Shown here: positions 13,447-23,421 of the stretch, piece by piece
How the letters are laid out: each line of letters starts with the position of its first letter
How positions within the stretch are numbered: position 1 is the first letter of the stretch
Source: a virus
IMG/VR virus record: IMGVR_UViG_3300045988_021887
Coordinates: 1-41,394 of that record
Length of the DNA: 41,394 nucleotides
Reading direction: 5' to 3' (one strand)
Made by a program: the position numbers and the translations under genes
The notes under the pieces: generated by a model
The model's database searches: none
Seen by the model: the letters and a program-made list of their open reading frames with translations, nothing else
Told to the model about the DNA's origin: nothing

Positions 13447-14881
13447 TGCGTTGGGTTCGTTCACTCATGATCCATTAGGCTTTGTTTATTTTGCATTTCC
13501 TTGGGGCGAAAAAGGAACACCGCTTGAAAAATTTGATGGTCCTGATGAGTGGCAAATCAAGATTTTAAAAAAGATTGGTGAAGAATTAAAGAAAGGCAAA
13601 AGTCTTTCAAAGGCAATTAAAATTGCAATCGCATCAGGTCATGGCATCGGAAAATCAACATTAGTATCATTTCTTATTTTATTTGCTATGGCTACACATG
13701 AAAATACAAGGGGTGTAGTTACTGCAAATACAGAAAAGCAGTTATCGTCTAAAACATGGGCGGAGTTAAGCAAATGGTACAACTTATTCATAGGTAAAGA
13801 ACTGTTTGTATACACTGCAACTGCATTGTTTAGTGCTGATAAGCAATATGAGAAAACATGGCGGATAGATGCTATTCCATGGAGCGAAAGCAACCCTGAT
13901 GCATTTGCTGGTCTACATAACCAAGGAAATCGCATTCTTATTATATTTGATGAGGCATCTTCTATAGCTGATATCATATGGGAAGTTGCAGAGGGTGCTT
14001 TAACGGATAAGGAAACAGAAATTATATGGTGCGCCTTTGGAAACCCTACTAAAAATAGTGGACGTTTTAGAGAATGTTTTAGAAAGTATCGCAATTACTG
14101 GCACACAGAACAAATTGATAGTAGAACTGTTAAAGTATCAAACAAAGTTTTGTTAAATGAATGGGTAGAACTCTATGGAGAAGATAGCGACTTTGTAAAA
14201 ATTCGTGTTAGGGGCATTTTCCCTAGTGCATCTGATACGCAGTTTATATCCGCAACAATAGTAGATGAGGCGCAAAAGCGAATTTACAAGCCTACTGATT
14301 TTAGCAACTTACCGACAATTATCGGCGTAGATCCAGCGTGGACTGGTGGCGATACGCTAGAAATCGTTATGCGACAAGGCTATTCTATGAAATGTTTAGC
14401 CACAATAGAAAAGAATGACGATGATATGCGTATGGCTAACCTCATTGCACAATTTGAGGATGAGTACAAAGCAGATGCGGTGTTCATTGACCAAGGCTAC
14501 GGAACTGGTATTTATAGTATCGGTAAATCAATGGGTAGACGATGGCGGTTAGTTGCCTTTGGTGGTGCTAGTCCTAATAATATGTACCTTAATATGCGTG
14601 CATATATGTGGGGAGAAATGAAAGACTGGCTAAAAGAGGGCGGTTCTATTCCACCTAATGACCAAGGACTATATGATGATTTAACAGGTCCAGAGGCTAT
14701 CATCGATAAGAATGGGCGAATACAACTTGAAAGCAAGAAAGATATGAAAGAACGAGGGTTACCATCTCCGAATAAAGGTGATGCATTAGCCTTGACCTTT
14801 GCGTTCAGGGTCAATAAAAAAGTGAATGTAGGGAGTAGGGTTCATGCTAACACAGAGTATGATCCGTTTAAAAGAAGATAA
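13418..14881 (+). CDS. terL: Terminase large subunit
   Basis: Walker A ASGHGIGKST and Walker B ILIIFDEAS, with a C-terminal nuclease region. 487 aa. Confidence 0.9.
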   Translation: MKYNKAQLIDALGSFTHDPLGFVYFAFPWGEKGTPLEKFDGPDEWQIKILKKIGEELKKGKSLSKAIKIAIASGHGIGKSTLVSFLILFAMATHENTRGVVTANTEKQLSSKTWAELSKWYNLFIGKELFVYTATALFSADKQYEKTWRIDAIPWSESNPDAFAGLHNQGNRILIIFDEASSIADIIWEVAEGALTDKETEIIWCAFGNPTKNSGRFRECFRKYRNYWHTEQIDSRTVKVSNKVLLNEWVELYGEDSDFVKIRVRGIFPSASDTQFISATIVDEAQKRIYKPTDFSNLPTIIGVDPAWTGGDTLEIVMRQGYSMKCLATIEKNDDDMRMANLIAQFEDEYKADAVFIDQGYGTGIYSIGKSMGRRWRLVAFGGASPNNMYLNMRAYMWGEMKDWLKEGGSIPPNDQGLYDDLTGPEAIIDKNGRIQLESKKDMKERGLPSPNKGDALALTFAFRVNKKVNVGSRVHANTEYDPFKRR

Positions 14882-14892
14882 GGGGTGATTTA

Positions 14893-15078
14893 ATGTGTAT
14901 GAAAAATAAGATGCCTAACACACCAATGCCAGCACCAGCACCAACTGTACAAACAGATGATGCTACTACAACAACTGGTGAGGAATGGTTCGCTAAAAAG
15001 CGTAAGGGTAAACGTGGTTATGAAAGTACAATTCTATCCGCTGCACCAACAGGCACTAAGAACACATTAGGGGGTTAG
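14893..15078 (+). CDS. Small Pro/Thr-rich basic protein
   Basis: 61 aa, between terL and the portal gene. Confidence 0.45.
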   Translation: MCMKNKMPNTPMPAPAPTVQTDDATTTTGEEWFAKKRKGKRGYESTILSAAPTGTKNTLGG

Positions 15079-15080
15079 AT

Positions 15081-16802
15081 ATGCAAGGTACTATTTTATC
15101 AACACTTGCTAGACAACCAACTGACAAACTACCACAGAAGAAAGACTATAGCAAAATCAAAGCGAAGTTTAAGTCGATGTTCGATAATCGTCAGAAGTAC
15201 ATTTCTAGGTGGAAAGATATTCGGGATTATCAACTACCTTTCCTTGGTGTATTTGATGATGAACAAGACCAATCGAAAGTCTACACTGATAAGATTAATA
15301 ATGGTGTGGCTTGGGAAAGTTGTCAAATATTCGCTAGTGGTGTAATGAGTGGCATGACACCGCCTAGCCGTAAATGGTTTAAACTCACGTTAGAGAATGT
15401 TGAATTAGCTGCTAATAGTAAAGTGGCGGAAGTATTAGACGATAGGGAACAGATACTGTATGCAGTATTTGCTAAGTCTAATTTCTATAACACAGTACAT
15501 CAAACCTATATGGAGTTACCATTTGGTCAAGCACCTATGAGTATCATGCCAGATGCAAAAGTAGGTGTGCGGTTTACATCGTATCCTATTGGTACATACG
15601 CATTAGAGTGTGGCAGTAATGGTGATGTAAATACATTTGGTAGACGATACCGCATGACGGCTGACCAGCTAGTGGAAGAGTTTGGTTATGATGCTTGCCC
15701 TGATAAAGTCAAACGTGCCTATGACGATGGCAAAGGTAATGCAAGTACTTTTGTTGTGTGTTGGTTGGTAATGCCTAACAAAGACCGCAATGGAAAACTA
15801 GGCAATAAGAATATGCCTTATTCCTCTATCTATTGGGTTGAAGAGAGCAACACCGATGAAATACTAAGACATAGTGGTTTTGAAGAATGGGCGATACCTA
15901 TTGCAAGACACACTACTCATGATCTAAGCGGTTATGGTAAGGGGTGTGCATGGTTCGCACAATCAGATGCACAGATGTTACAACTGCTTGAAAAAGATTT
16001 AGTAACCGCTATTGAACTTGGTATTAAACCACCTATGAGCGCTACATCTGATGTTATCGGTAGTGTGAATTTATTCCCCGGCGGTGTAACGGAAGTTGAC
16101 ACAGGCGGTAAAGTTGAGCCGATATTCAATGTAGGCATTGATGTTGCAAATGTACAAGCGAAGATACAGTTTGTATCTGAAAGCATAAAACGTGCCTATA
16201 GTGCTGATTTATTCTTGATGCTTGATAACCTAGATGCAGGACAAATGACTGCACGTGAGGTTATGGAGCGTACACAAGAAAAGATGCAACAGTTAGGTCC
16301 TGTAGTTGAACGCTTACAAAGTGAGTTTTTAAACCCAATCATTGAACGTACTTATGGCATCTTGGATAGGGCTGGAATATTTCCACCGATTGACGATGAA
16401 GTAGCGGAAATGCTGAATGGTTTAGATGTAAAGATTGAATACATCTCACCATTGGCGCAAGCACAGAAAATGTCATCCTTGGTGAATATTGAACAGTACT
16501 ATGCATTCATTATGTCATTAGCACAGGGTAATGCTAACATCGTTCAGAAATTCAACTTTGAAGAGGCAGCGGACATTTACGGCGTTAATCTTGGTGTACC
16601 AATTAAAGTTATTCGTTCCAATGATGAGTACAAAGCAATCATGGCGGAACAACAACAAGCACAACAAGAGGAACAAGAGCATGCACAAGCATTACAAATG
16701 GCACAATTAGCACCTCAAATGGCTGGAGCAGCTAAACAAGCAACAGATGCAGCCAATGACGGAAACCCAGTAATGCAACAATTAATGGGTATGGGGGTGT
16801 AG
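15081..16802 (+). CDS. Portal protein (T7 gp8-type head-to-tail connector)
   Basis: 573 aa. N-terminal RQKYISRWKDIRDYQLP and a Gln/Ala-rich C-terminal tail. Position after terL. Confidence 0.75.
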   Translation: MQGTILSTLARQPTDKLPQKKDYSKIKAKFKSMFDNRQKYISRWKDIRDYQLPFLGVFDDEQDQSKVYTDKINNGVAWESCQIFASGVMSGMTPPSRKWFKLTLENVELAANSKVAEVLDDREQILYAVFAKSNFYNTVHQTYMELPFGQAPMSIMPDAKVGVRFTSYPIGTYALECGSNGDVNTFGRRYRMTADQLVEEFGYDACPDKVKRAYDDGKGNASTFVVCWLVMPNKDRNGKLGNKNMPYSSIYWVEESNTDEILRHSGFEEWAIPIARHTTHDLSGYGKGCAWFAQSDAQMLQLLEKDLVTAIELGIKPPMSATSDVIGSVNLFPGGVTEVDTGGKVEPIFNVGIDVANVQAKIQFVSESIKRAYSADLFLMLDNLDAGQMTAREVMERTQEKMQQLGPVVERLQSEFLNPIIERTYGILDRAGIFPPIDDEVAEMLNGLDVKIEYISPLAQAQKMSSLVNIEQYYAFIMSLAQGNANIVQKFNFEEAADIYGVNLGVPIKVIRSNDEYKAIMAEQQQAQQEEQEHAQALQMAQLAPQMAGAAKQATDAANDGNPVMQQLMGMGV

Positions 16803-17114
16803 ATGAAAACAAAACAAGATTATATTCGTGATCGTGATATTGATGCACTTAACCACGTACTAAGTACTGAACTTGGTAGGTGGTTTTTTTGTAGGCTTTT
16901 AGACCGCACCGACATATTGAAACAATCGTTTACTGGCAATTCTGAAACGTTCTTTAATGAGGGGAAACGAAAAGTAGGTTTAGCCTACATGAATATGCTA
17001 GGTCAGATTGGCGATGGCGTAGATGGTGTAAAGAAATATCATCAAGCACAACTTGAATATATCGAACAACAAAAACTATTTGAGGCATTAACAGAGAAAG
17101 GTGAACAACCATAA
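16803..17114 (+). CDS. Bbp19-like small head-module protein
   Basis: DIDALNHVLSTELGRWFFCRLL...NEGKRKVGLAYMNML pattern. Assignment from memory. Confidence 0.4.
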   Translation: MKTKQDYIRDRDIDALNHVLSTELGRWFFCRLLDRTDILKQSFTGNSETFFNEGKRKVGLAYMNMLGQIGDGVDGVKKYHQAQLEYIEQQKLFEALTEKGEQP

Positions 17115-17740
17115 TGGCAGATGAAATTTTAACTGGTACGAACGATAACACAGGTAGTACAGATGGTGGTACACCGCAAGATACGAATACACAAGACCAA
17201 CAACAAGACACAATCTTAGGTGGCGGTACTGACACAAGCGGTAACCAAGAACCACCTGCAGAACCTATTGTGTATGATTTCACGAAAGCATTTGAGAGTG
17301 GTGAAGTAGACCAAACAATCGCCAGTGAGTTTTCGAAGTTGCTTAATGGTGTTGGCGCAACGCAAGAACAAGCAGTAGAGATGGCTAAATTTGGTGAAAA
17401 GTATGCTACAGACCTTGTAACCGCTTACGAAACTAAAAGGCAAGAGGCTTTAGTAGAACAATACGAAAGTTACAGAGAAAACGCACAACAAGTATTAGGG
17501 AATAAGTTTGACGAAACTGTTGCTAAAGCAGGTGCAGGTGTAGAAGTAGTTGAAAAATCTATTCCAAACATTCGTGAAATTTTAGCCGAAAACGGTTTAG
17601 GTAATCGTGTTGAGTTAATTCAGTTGTTTGCAACGATTGCTGGCATGGCTAGTGAAGATAGCAATACAAGTAATAGCAAGCCAGCTACAGAAATTACAAC
17701 TGAACAAGAATTAGCAAATCGAATTTATAAGGATATGTAA
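17114..17740 (+). CDS. Scaffolding protein
   Basis: 208 aa, acidic and low-complexity N-terminus, helical. Lies between the portal and capsid genes. Confidence 0.6.
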   Translation: MADEILTGTNDNTGSTDGGTPQDTNTQDQQQDTILGGGTDTSGNQEPPAEPIVYDFTKAFESGEVDQTIASEFSKLLNGVGATQEQAVEMAKFGEKYATDLVTAYETKRQEALVEQYESYRENAQQVLGNKFDETVAKAGAGVEVVEKSIPNIREILAENGLGNRVELIQLFATIAGMASEDSNTSNSKPATEITTEQELANRIYKDM

Positions 17741-17754
17741 AAGGAGATTAATTA

Positions 17755-18738
17755 ATGGCAATCGGAACTATGAACCCAACTATTTTAGACGTTGCAAAAC
17801 GCATGACAGGTGATGGTAATCTTGACAAAATTGTTGAGGTGATGAACCAAACAAACGAAATTTTAACAGATATGACTATGCTAGAGGGTAACTTACCTAC
17901 TGGTAATGTATCTACAGTACGAACTGGCTTACCTAAAGTTGCATGGCGTGTGTTTAATGATGGTGTAGAACCTAGTAAATCTGCAACTGCACAAGCTACT
18001 GACACTTGCGGTATGCTAGAAGCGTATGCAGTTGTTGACCGTGAATTGGCAAAGATTGCTAACAACGCAAAAGAATTCCGCTTACAAGAAGATCGTGCAT
18101 TCCTAGAAGCAATGAACCAAGAAATGGCATCTACTCTATTCTATGGTTCTAAAGCAATGCCAGAAAAGTTTGTTGGTTTGACACCACGTTATTCTGATAA
18201 AACCGCTAAAAGTGGTGAAAACATTATTGATGCTGGCGGTACTGGTGCGAACTTAACATCTATTTGGCTTGTGGTATGGAGTCCTAATACAGTACATGGT
18301 ATTTATCCAAAAGGTTCTAAAGCTGGCTTTGAAATGGAAGATGATGGTGTTGTTGATGTAGTAACAAAAGAGGGTAAAAAGTATAAGGCGTACCAAACAC
18401 ATTACCAATGGAAAAATGGCTTAACTGTTCGTGATTGGAGATATGTGGTTCGCATTGCAAACATTGATGTTACTAAACTCAAAAAAGATGCATCCGCAGG
18501 TGCTGATTTAATCGACCTAATGATTGATGCAGAAGAAAAAGTACCTAACTTAGGTATGGGTAGACCAGTTTGGTATATGAATAAAACTGTTCGTGGTTTC
18601 TTGCGTAAACAACTTAACGAAGGGCATAAATATCAAACTGCAGCTGGTGAAGAACCGGGTAAAATTACAGTCGATTTCAATGGCACACCAGTTAGACGAA
18701 CTGATGCATTGATCATTGGTGAACAACAAGTACAATAA
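17755..18738 (+). CDS. Major capsid protein
   Basis: 327 aa with a strong AAGGAG SD. MNPTILDVAKRM...VRTGLPKVAWRVFNDGVEPSKS is typical of BPP-1-type podovirus capsid proteins. Confidence 0.8.
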   Translation: MAIGTMNPTILDVAKRMTGDGNLDKIVEVMNQTNEILTDMTMLEGNLPTGNVSTVRTGLPKVAWRVFNDGVEPSKSATAQATDTCGMLEAYAVVDRELAKIANNAKEFRLQEDRAFLEAMNQEMASTLFYGSKAMPEKFVGLTPRYSDKTAKSGENIIDAGGTGANLTSIWLVVWSPNTVHGIYPKGSKAGFEMEDDGVVDVVTKEGKKYKAYQTHYQWKNGLTVRDWRYVVRIANIDVTKLKKDASAGADLIDLMIDAEEKVPNLGMGRPVWYMNKTVRGFLRKQLNEGHKYQTAAGEEPGKITVDFNGTPVRRTDALIIGEQQVQ

Positions 18739-18757
18739 TTTAAGGGGGTAACTACTT

Positions 18758-19114
18758 ATGATGTTAGATAAAGATAATATGTTTTTCTTCCGAAAAGACA
18801 TTACTACAAATACAAATTCCGATGTTGTTTATAATGGTGGCGCTGGAAATGCATATGTTGCACCTTGGCTTGTTATTCGCCTTGAAAAAGATGTAACTGG
18901 TACACCTTTATTCAATGTGTATACATCTGATAAGGAAAATATGGCAAATGCTGTTTTACTTCATGGTATTACGTTGCCTGCAAATTCTAAAGCAGGTACA
19001 GAGGTTGTTACACGTTTAGGTCAAGGTGCAAAAGAGTATATCAGAATTAACGCCAATAATATGACTGCTGGCGCTATTTCTGCATTCTTGGTGTTTGATG
19101 CGAATACAATCTAA
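18758..19114 (+). CDS. Possible capsid decoration/cement protein
   Basis: 118 aa immediately after the capsid gene. Called by position only. Confidence 0.35.
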   Translation: MMLDKDNMFFFRKDITTNTNSDVVYNGGAGNAYVAPWLVIRLEKDVTGTPLFNVYTSDKENMANAVLLHGITLPANSKAGTEVVTRLGQGAKEYIRINANNMTAGAISAFLVFDANTI

Positions 19115-19125
19115 TGGGGGTAACT

Positions 19126-19380
19126 ATGTTAGTAACAACTAAAAAGAAAATTTACTTATGCGATTTTGGTGTTATTGATGAGGGTGTAGAAATTGATGTT
19201 TCTGCAGAAATCATTGAACAGTTTGGTCATGAAACTTTTGAGGGTATTCCAGTTGAGGAACCAACAGAGGAACATACAGAAGAAACTGTAGAGGAAACTA
19301 CAGAAGAAACTACAGAAGAAACTGCTGAGGAAACTAAACCACAGAAACGTGGCAAAAAAGCGAAAGAAACTGCTGAATAA
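19126..19380 (+). CDS. Acidic repeat protein (TEET repeats, basic C-terminal tail)
   Basis: ATG after GGGGGT. C-terminal EEPTEEHTEETVEETTEETTEETAEETKPQKRGKKAKE. Confidence 0.5.
   Translation: MLVTTKKKIYLCDFGVIDEGVEIDVSAEIIEQFGHETFEGIPVEEPTEEHTEETVEETTEETTEETAEETKPQKRGKKAKETAE
19279..19338 (+). repeat. Five tandem 12-bp units (GARGAAACTNNN)
   Basis: GAAGAAACTGTA, GAGGAAACTACA, GAAGAAACTACA, GAAGAAACTGCT, GAGGAAACTAAA. Confidence 0.85.
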
Positions 19381-19386
19381 TTGAAC

Positions 19387-19416
19387 GAGGGGTGCTTATG
19401 CATCCCTCTTTTTTTA
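19387..19416 (+). terminator. Intrinsic terminator between the head and tail genes
   Basis: GAGGGGTGC-TTAT-GCATCCCTC followed by T8. Confidence 0.7.
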
Positions 19417-19431
19417 TAGAAAGGTGGAAAT

Positions 19432-20025
19432 ATGACACCTACTGATATTTGCAATCAAGCGTTATCGCTTATCAATGCAGGTCGCATCCGTTCTATGACG
19501 GAAGAAACAGAACCTGCTAGACAATGCAGATTGCATTATGATCTAACACGTAGAGTATTGTTAGAACAGTTTGAATGGAACTTTGCACGTAAGCGTGAAC
19601 GAGCGGTATTGTCAGAACATAAGATTGATGGCTGGGGTTATGTGTATGCATACCCTGAAAAGTGCGTTCGCATCCTTGCGGTAATTCCACAGGGGGAACG
19701 ATACCGAGCGGAAAAGCAACGTGAATATGATGTTTATTTGACTGATAACAATACAAAGTACATCGTATCTGATGTACCATTAATGCACATTGATTATGTA
19801 TACGATATTACTGATGCTGATGTAATGAACCCTATATTCGTTAAAGCATTAGTATGTAAGATGGCATCTGACCTAGCAATGCCACTAACAGGCAATAGCG
19901 GTTTATTCGACCAATCATACAAGCTATATCAAGCAGCATTACAAGAGGCAAAATCTATGAGTGCTAAAGAGCGTAGATTAGATATGCCTTATGTTTCTAA
20001 CTATATCAAGGCAAGGAGTTGGTGA
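19432..20025 (+). CDS. Adaptor / tail tubular protein A (T7 gp11 analogue)
   Basis: 197 aa (T7 gp11 is about 196 aa). N-terminal ICNQALSLINAGRI...RQCRLHYDLTRRVLLEQFEWNFA. Position after the head genes. Confidence 0.55.
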   Translation: MTPTDICNQALSLINAGRIRSMTEETEPARQCRLHYDLTRRVLLEQFEWNFARKRERAVLSEHKIDGWGYVYAYPEKCVRILAVIPQGERYRAEKQREYDVYLTDNNTKYIVSDVPLMHIDYVYDITDADVMNPIFVKALVCKMASDLAMPLTGNSGLFDQSYKLYQAALQEAKSMSAKERRLDMPYVSNYIKARSW

Positions 20026-20026
20026 T

Positions 20027-22342
20027 ATGCAACCTATGTATATCGGACAAGTCGCATTTACCACAGGCGAGGTGTCGCCAGATGTATCTAGCCGATTTGA
20101 CCTTGAACAATATAAAAGTGCATTATTGCTTGCTGAAAATGCGGTGATTAGACCTTATGGAGCGGTAGCACGTAGGCAAGGTTCACAGTTTATCGGATAT
20201 GCAAAATACCATGATAGACCTGTTAGACTGTTTGAATTTACAACCAATAAGAACCAATCATTCATGCTTGAATTTGGTGATAGGTATGTTAGAGTATGGC
20301 GCAATGGTGTATATATAAATGTTGAGGTATCAACACCATTTGAGGCGGACGTTGTAGGCGAATTAAACTGCATCCAAAGTGGCGATGTAATGTTCATTTG
20401 TAGTGGTAAGTACCCTATTCAAACGCTATCACGATATAGTGATACTGACTGGCGGTTGAGTGCATACAAACTGACTGAACAACCTTACGATGAAATCAAC
20501 ACGGATAATGGACACACATTAACTGTTAATGGTGATACGATCACATCTACAAAAGACCTTTTCACACAAGATATGGTTGGTAGTGTAATGCAGATTGCAT
20601 ACTATGTGGAGGCGGTACATACACAGATTAGCGGTATCGTTGTAGCGAAAAAAGTCAAACGCTATATGCAACCACAAGGAATAGAAAAGACCTACAACAA
20701 CATTAATTACAATGTTGAAAGCTACAGTACTGATACAGAATTATCGTGGAAATTCACAACGCATGGTACATGGGAAGGTACTGTAAAGTTACAGATTTCT
20801 AATAATGATGGACAGACTTGGAAAGACTACAGAACGTATACATCTAAGAATGACTACAATGTTACTGATACAGGTAAGATAGAGGCTGGAGCAAGGTTAA
20901 AATATATCTCCGATATTAAAGGTGGTTCTGTTAATTGCGACTTATCCATTTTGCCTTTCACTCAATATGGTATCGTTGAGATTAAAAGCGTAACTGATGC
21001 TAAGAATGCAAAGGTTAATGTTCTGAATGGCATTAAAGAGGGTGAGCCTAGCCACCAATGGAAGTTAGGCAGTTGGAATAGGGGTAGAGGTTATCCGAAA
21101 CTATGTACATTCTATCAAGACCGATTCGTAGTTGCTGCTACTGATAGCAAGCCTAATTACATTTGGTTTAGTCGAACTGGTGATTATCCTAATTTCGGTG
21201 TTGAAAAAGTAGGCGGTACAATCACAGATGATAGTGCAATCACACTACCAGTAATTAACCGCAAGATGTATGAAATAAGACACCTTGTACCAGCTAATGA
21301 CTTAATCGTTTTAACAAGTGGTAATGAATGGATAGTAGATGGTAGTAAGACTATCACACCTACTAACTGTTATTTGAAAACACAAACACAACGTGGTGCA
21401 TTGAAATGTGAACCACAGTTTATCGGCAATAGGTGTGTGTTCGTTCAAGAGCGTGGCGGTACTGTTCGTGATATGGGTTATAGCTATGAAAGTGATAACT
21501 ACACAGGGCAAGACCTTACACTATTTGTTAAAACTTTAGTAAAAGGTCATGTGGCGGTTACAAGTGCATACGCACAAGACCCAGATAGTATCATCTACTA
21601 TGTACGAGATGATGGACAACTCAACTGTTTAACTTATATCCCTGAACAAAAGGTATATGGTTGGTCGCATTTTGTAACTAATGGCAAATACCGATATGTT
21701 GAAAGTGTGGCAGAGGGTGAACAAGATACAATCTATTTTGTGGTAGATCGTGTGATTAATAATAAAAATGTGAAATGTATCGAACGTAGTATTCCACTAT
21801 ACACAGAGGACAACTCCGATGTATTCCTAGATTGTTATGTTAAAGTCGCTAATTCAATTAAGACCGATTACATAAACGCACCTCATCTAGTTGGACAAAT
21901 GGTAGATATAGTAGTTGATGGGCAACAGATGCCATCTAGGGTAGTACCACCAACTGGGGTTATTAAATTAGATGGTAAAGCAAATGTAATTACTGTTGGT
22001 TTACCTTATACTACTAAAATCAAAATACCTAGCGTAGAGCAACAAATAAACGATGGAACATTGCAATGCAGATTGGTAACTATAACACGAGTTGCGTTGC
22101 GGTTATATCGTTCATATGGTGGTAGCGTAGGTAAAACATTTGATGATGTAGACGATTTAATTTTAAAACCTAAATCACTATTTACTGGTGATACTGTAAT
22201 AGCACTACCTAAGATAGCAACTAGCGTTAATACAAATACAGAAATTTGCATAAAACACTCAAAACCTTTCCCATTTAACCTATTAGCGGTTACAAGAGAG
22301 GTAGAAATTGGCGGTGGTTTCCCAAATGTTCATGGAATGTAA
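20027..22342 (+). CDS. Nozzle / tail tubular protein B (T7 gp12 analogue)
   Basis: About 771 aa from the ATG after AAGGAG (the ORF track starts at 19991). Size and position match gp12. Confidence 0.6.
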   Translation: MQPMYIGQVAFTTGEVSPDVSSRFDLEQYKSALLLAENAVIRPYGAVARRQGSQFIGYAKYHDRPVRLFEFTTNKNQSFMLEFGDRYVRVWRNGVYINVEVSTPFEADVVGELNCIQSGDVMFICSGKYPIQTLSRYSDTDWRLSAYKLTEQPYDEINTDNGHTLTVNGDTITSTKDLFTQDMVGSVMQIAYYVEAVHTQISGIVVAKKVKRYMQPQGIEKTYNNINYNVESYSTDTELSWKFTTHGTWEGTVKLQISNNDGQTWKDYRTYTSKNDYNVTDTGKIEAGARLKYISDIKGGSVNCDLSILPFTQYGIVEIKSVTDAKNAKVNVLNGIKEGEPSHQWKLGSWNRGRGYPKLCTFYQDRFVVAATDSKPNYIWFSRTGDYPNFGVEKVGGTITDDSAITLPVINRKMYEIRHLVPANDLIVLTSGNEWIVDGSKTITPTNCYLKTQTQRGALKCEPQFIGNRCVFVQERGGTVRDMGYSYESDNYTGQDLTLFVKTLVKGHVAVTSAYAQDPDSIIYYVRDDGQLNCLTYIPEQKVYGWSHFVTNGKYRYVESVAEGEQDTIYFVVDRVINNKNVKCIERSIPLYTEDNSDVFLDCYVKVANSIKTDYINAPHLVGQMVDIVVDGQQMPSRVVPPTGVIKLDGKANVITVGLPYTTKIKIPSVEQQINDGTLQCRLVTITRVALRLYRSYGGSVGKTFDDVDDLILKPKSLFTGDTVIALPKIATSVNTNTEICIKHSKPFPFNLLAVTREVEIGGGFPNVHGM

Positions 22343-22814
22343 TATTTGCCCCTCTAAGCACGTTTCTTTAATTCGTGAGTTATATATCAACTTACGTTCG
22401 ATAGATGCCTTAGAGGTTAAATATATAAATCGAAAAAATTCAAACTATGGCGAAAATGACTTTGTGAACGATATTCTTAGGGAAGATTATCAAAGTCGAA
22501 TTGTTATTGATAATGACAAGCCATTATGTGTGTATGGGGTATCGAACACATCATTAAATGGGATGCATTGCATTTACTTTTTGGGGAGTAAAGATTTTGA
22601 ACGTAGTTTGACATTGCAAAAGCAATTCATAAAAGTTAGTAGAAATATCATTGGGGAATGGCTACAAACTAGGGAAGTACTTTTTAATTACATACATAAA
22701 GAAAATCACCGCACCATTAGATGGCTAAAGTCATTAGGTGCGGTTATTCATTACGATATTAACGATGGGGATATGGTTTTATTCACATTGAGAAAGGGGG
22801 ATGCGAATGTGTAA
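22332..22814 (+). CDS. Internal virion protein A-like (T7 gp13 analogue)
   Basis: About 160 aa. ...NHRTIRWLKSLGAVIH resembles the gp13/DUF2833 pattern. Start uncertain (22308, 22326 or 22332). Confidence 0.45.
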   Translation: MECNICPSKHVSLIRELYINLRSIDALEVKYINRKNSNYGENDFVNDILREDYQSRIVIDNDKPLCVYGVSNTSLNGMHCIYFLGSKDFERSLTLQKQFIKVSRNIIGEWLQTREVLFNYIHKENHRTIRWLKSLGAVIHYDINDGDMVLFTLRKGDANV

Positions 22815-23421
22815 CCCTATTGCATTAACTGCAGCGAGTATGGTTGGTACGTTGTTTACGCAACACCAACAAGGTAAGGCACAAGCTGCAATGTATAACC
22901 AACAAGCAAGGGTGGCAGAGGCTAACGCACGCATAAGTGATCGCAAGCAAGAACAGATTGCAGACCAAGCCTTGCAAGAACGAGATAAGATGTCAGATAA
23001 GATGCGACTTATTCAAGGGCAAAACGTAGCGGAAACTGGTGCTAGCGGTTTAGTTATGAGTGGTACACCATTACAATTAATGGCATCTAGCTATGACGAA
23101 TACAATAAAGATATTCAGAATTGGGAAACTAACAAAAATAACAGTATCTACAATGAATATCTTAATGGTATGAACTACCGCAACGAGGCAAGCACCGCAC
23201 GAGCAGCAGCATCAAATGCTAAATCACAAACTAGAATGGCAATGCTAGGAACGATATTGAGTGGTGCATCTAGTATCTATGGACTTAAAAGTCAGTATGG
23301 CGGAAGTGGTAAAGTTGGCGGATATTATTCACCTAACCTAAAAGCATCTCAACAATCTAACTTGGTTAGAGATGGTAGGTTTGTAAGGAACACTATCAAA
23401 AGTAATAAGTGGGGTATCTAA
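22807..23421 (+). CDS. Internal virion (core) protein, gp14-like
   Basis: About 204 aa, Ala/Gln-rich, hydrophobic N-terminus and C-terminal segment MAMLGTILSGASSIYGL. Position matches gp14. Confidence 0.5.
   Translation: MCNPIALTAASMVGTLFTQHQQGKAQAAMYNQQARVAEANARISDRKQEQIADQALQERDKMSDKMRLIQGQNVAETGASGLVMSGTPLQLMASSYDEYNKDIQNWETNKNNSIYNEYLNGMNYRNEASTARAAASNAKSQTRMAMLGTILSGASSIYGLKSQYGGSGKVGGYYSPNLKASQQSNLVRDGRFVRNTIKSNKWGI

Noticed and set aside
13639-14094. 151-aa antisense ORF inside terL, plus similar antisense ORFs across the late region (for example 14512..14814, 15932..16186, 17748..18065, 24026..24385, 33986..34333, 34493..34807)
   Set aside because: All are embedded opposite strongly supported structural genes in a unidirectional operon. 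None has an SD or a recognisable motif.
15106-15345. 79-aa same-strand ORF overlapping the portal gene in another frame
   Set aside because: It lies entirely inside the portal ORF. It has a basic, low-complexity translation and no SD.
18745-19126. Identical 11-nt GGGGGTAACTA upstream of two consecutive genes (18746..18756 and 19116..19126)
   Set aside because: Both are simply similar ribosome-binding regions. They are too short and too functionally explicable to count as a repeat element.
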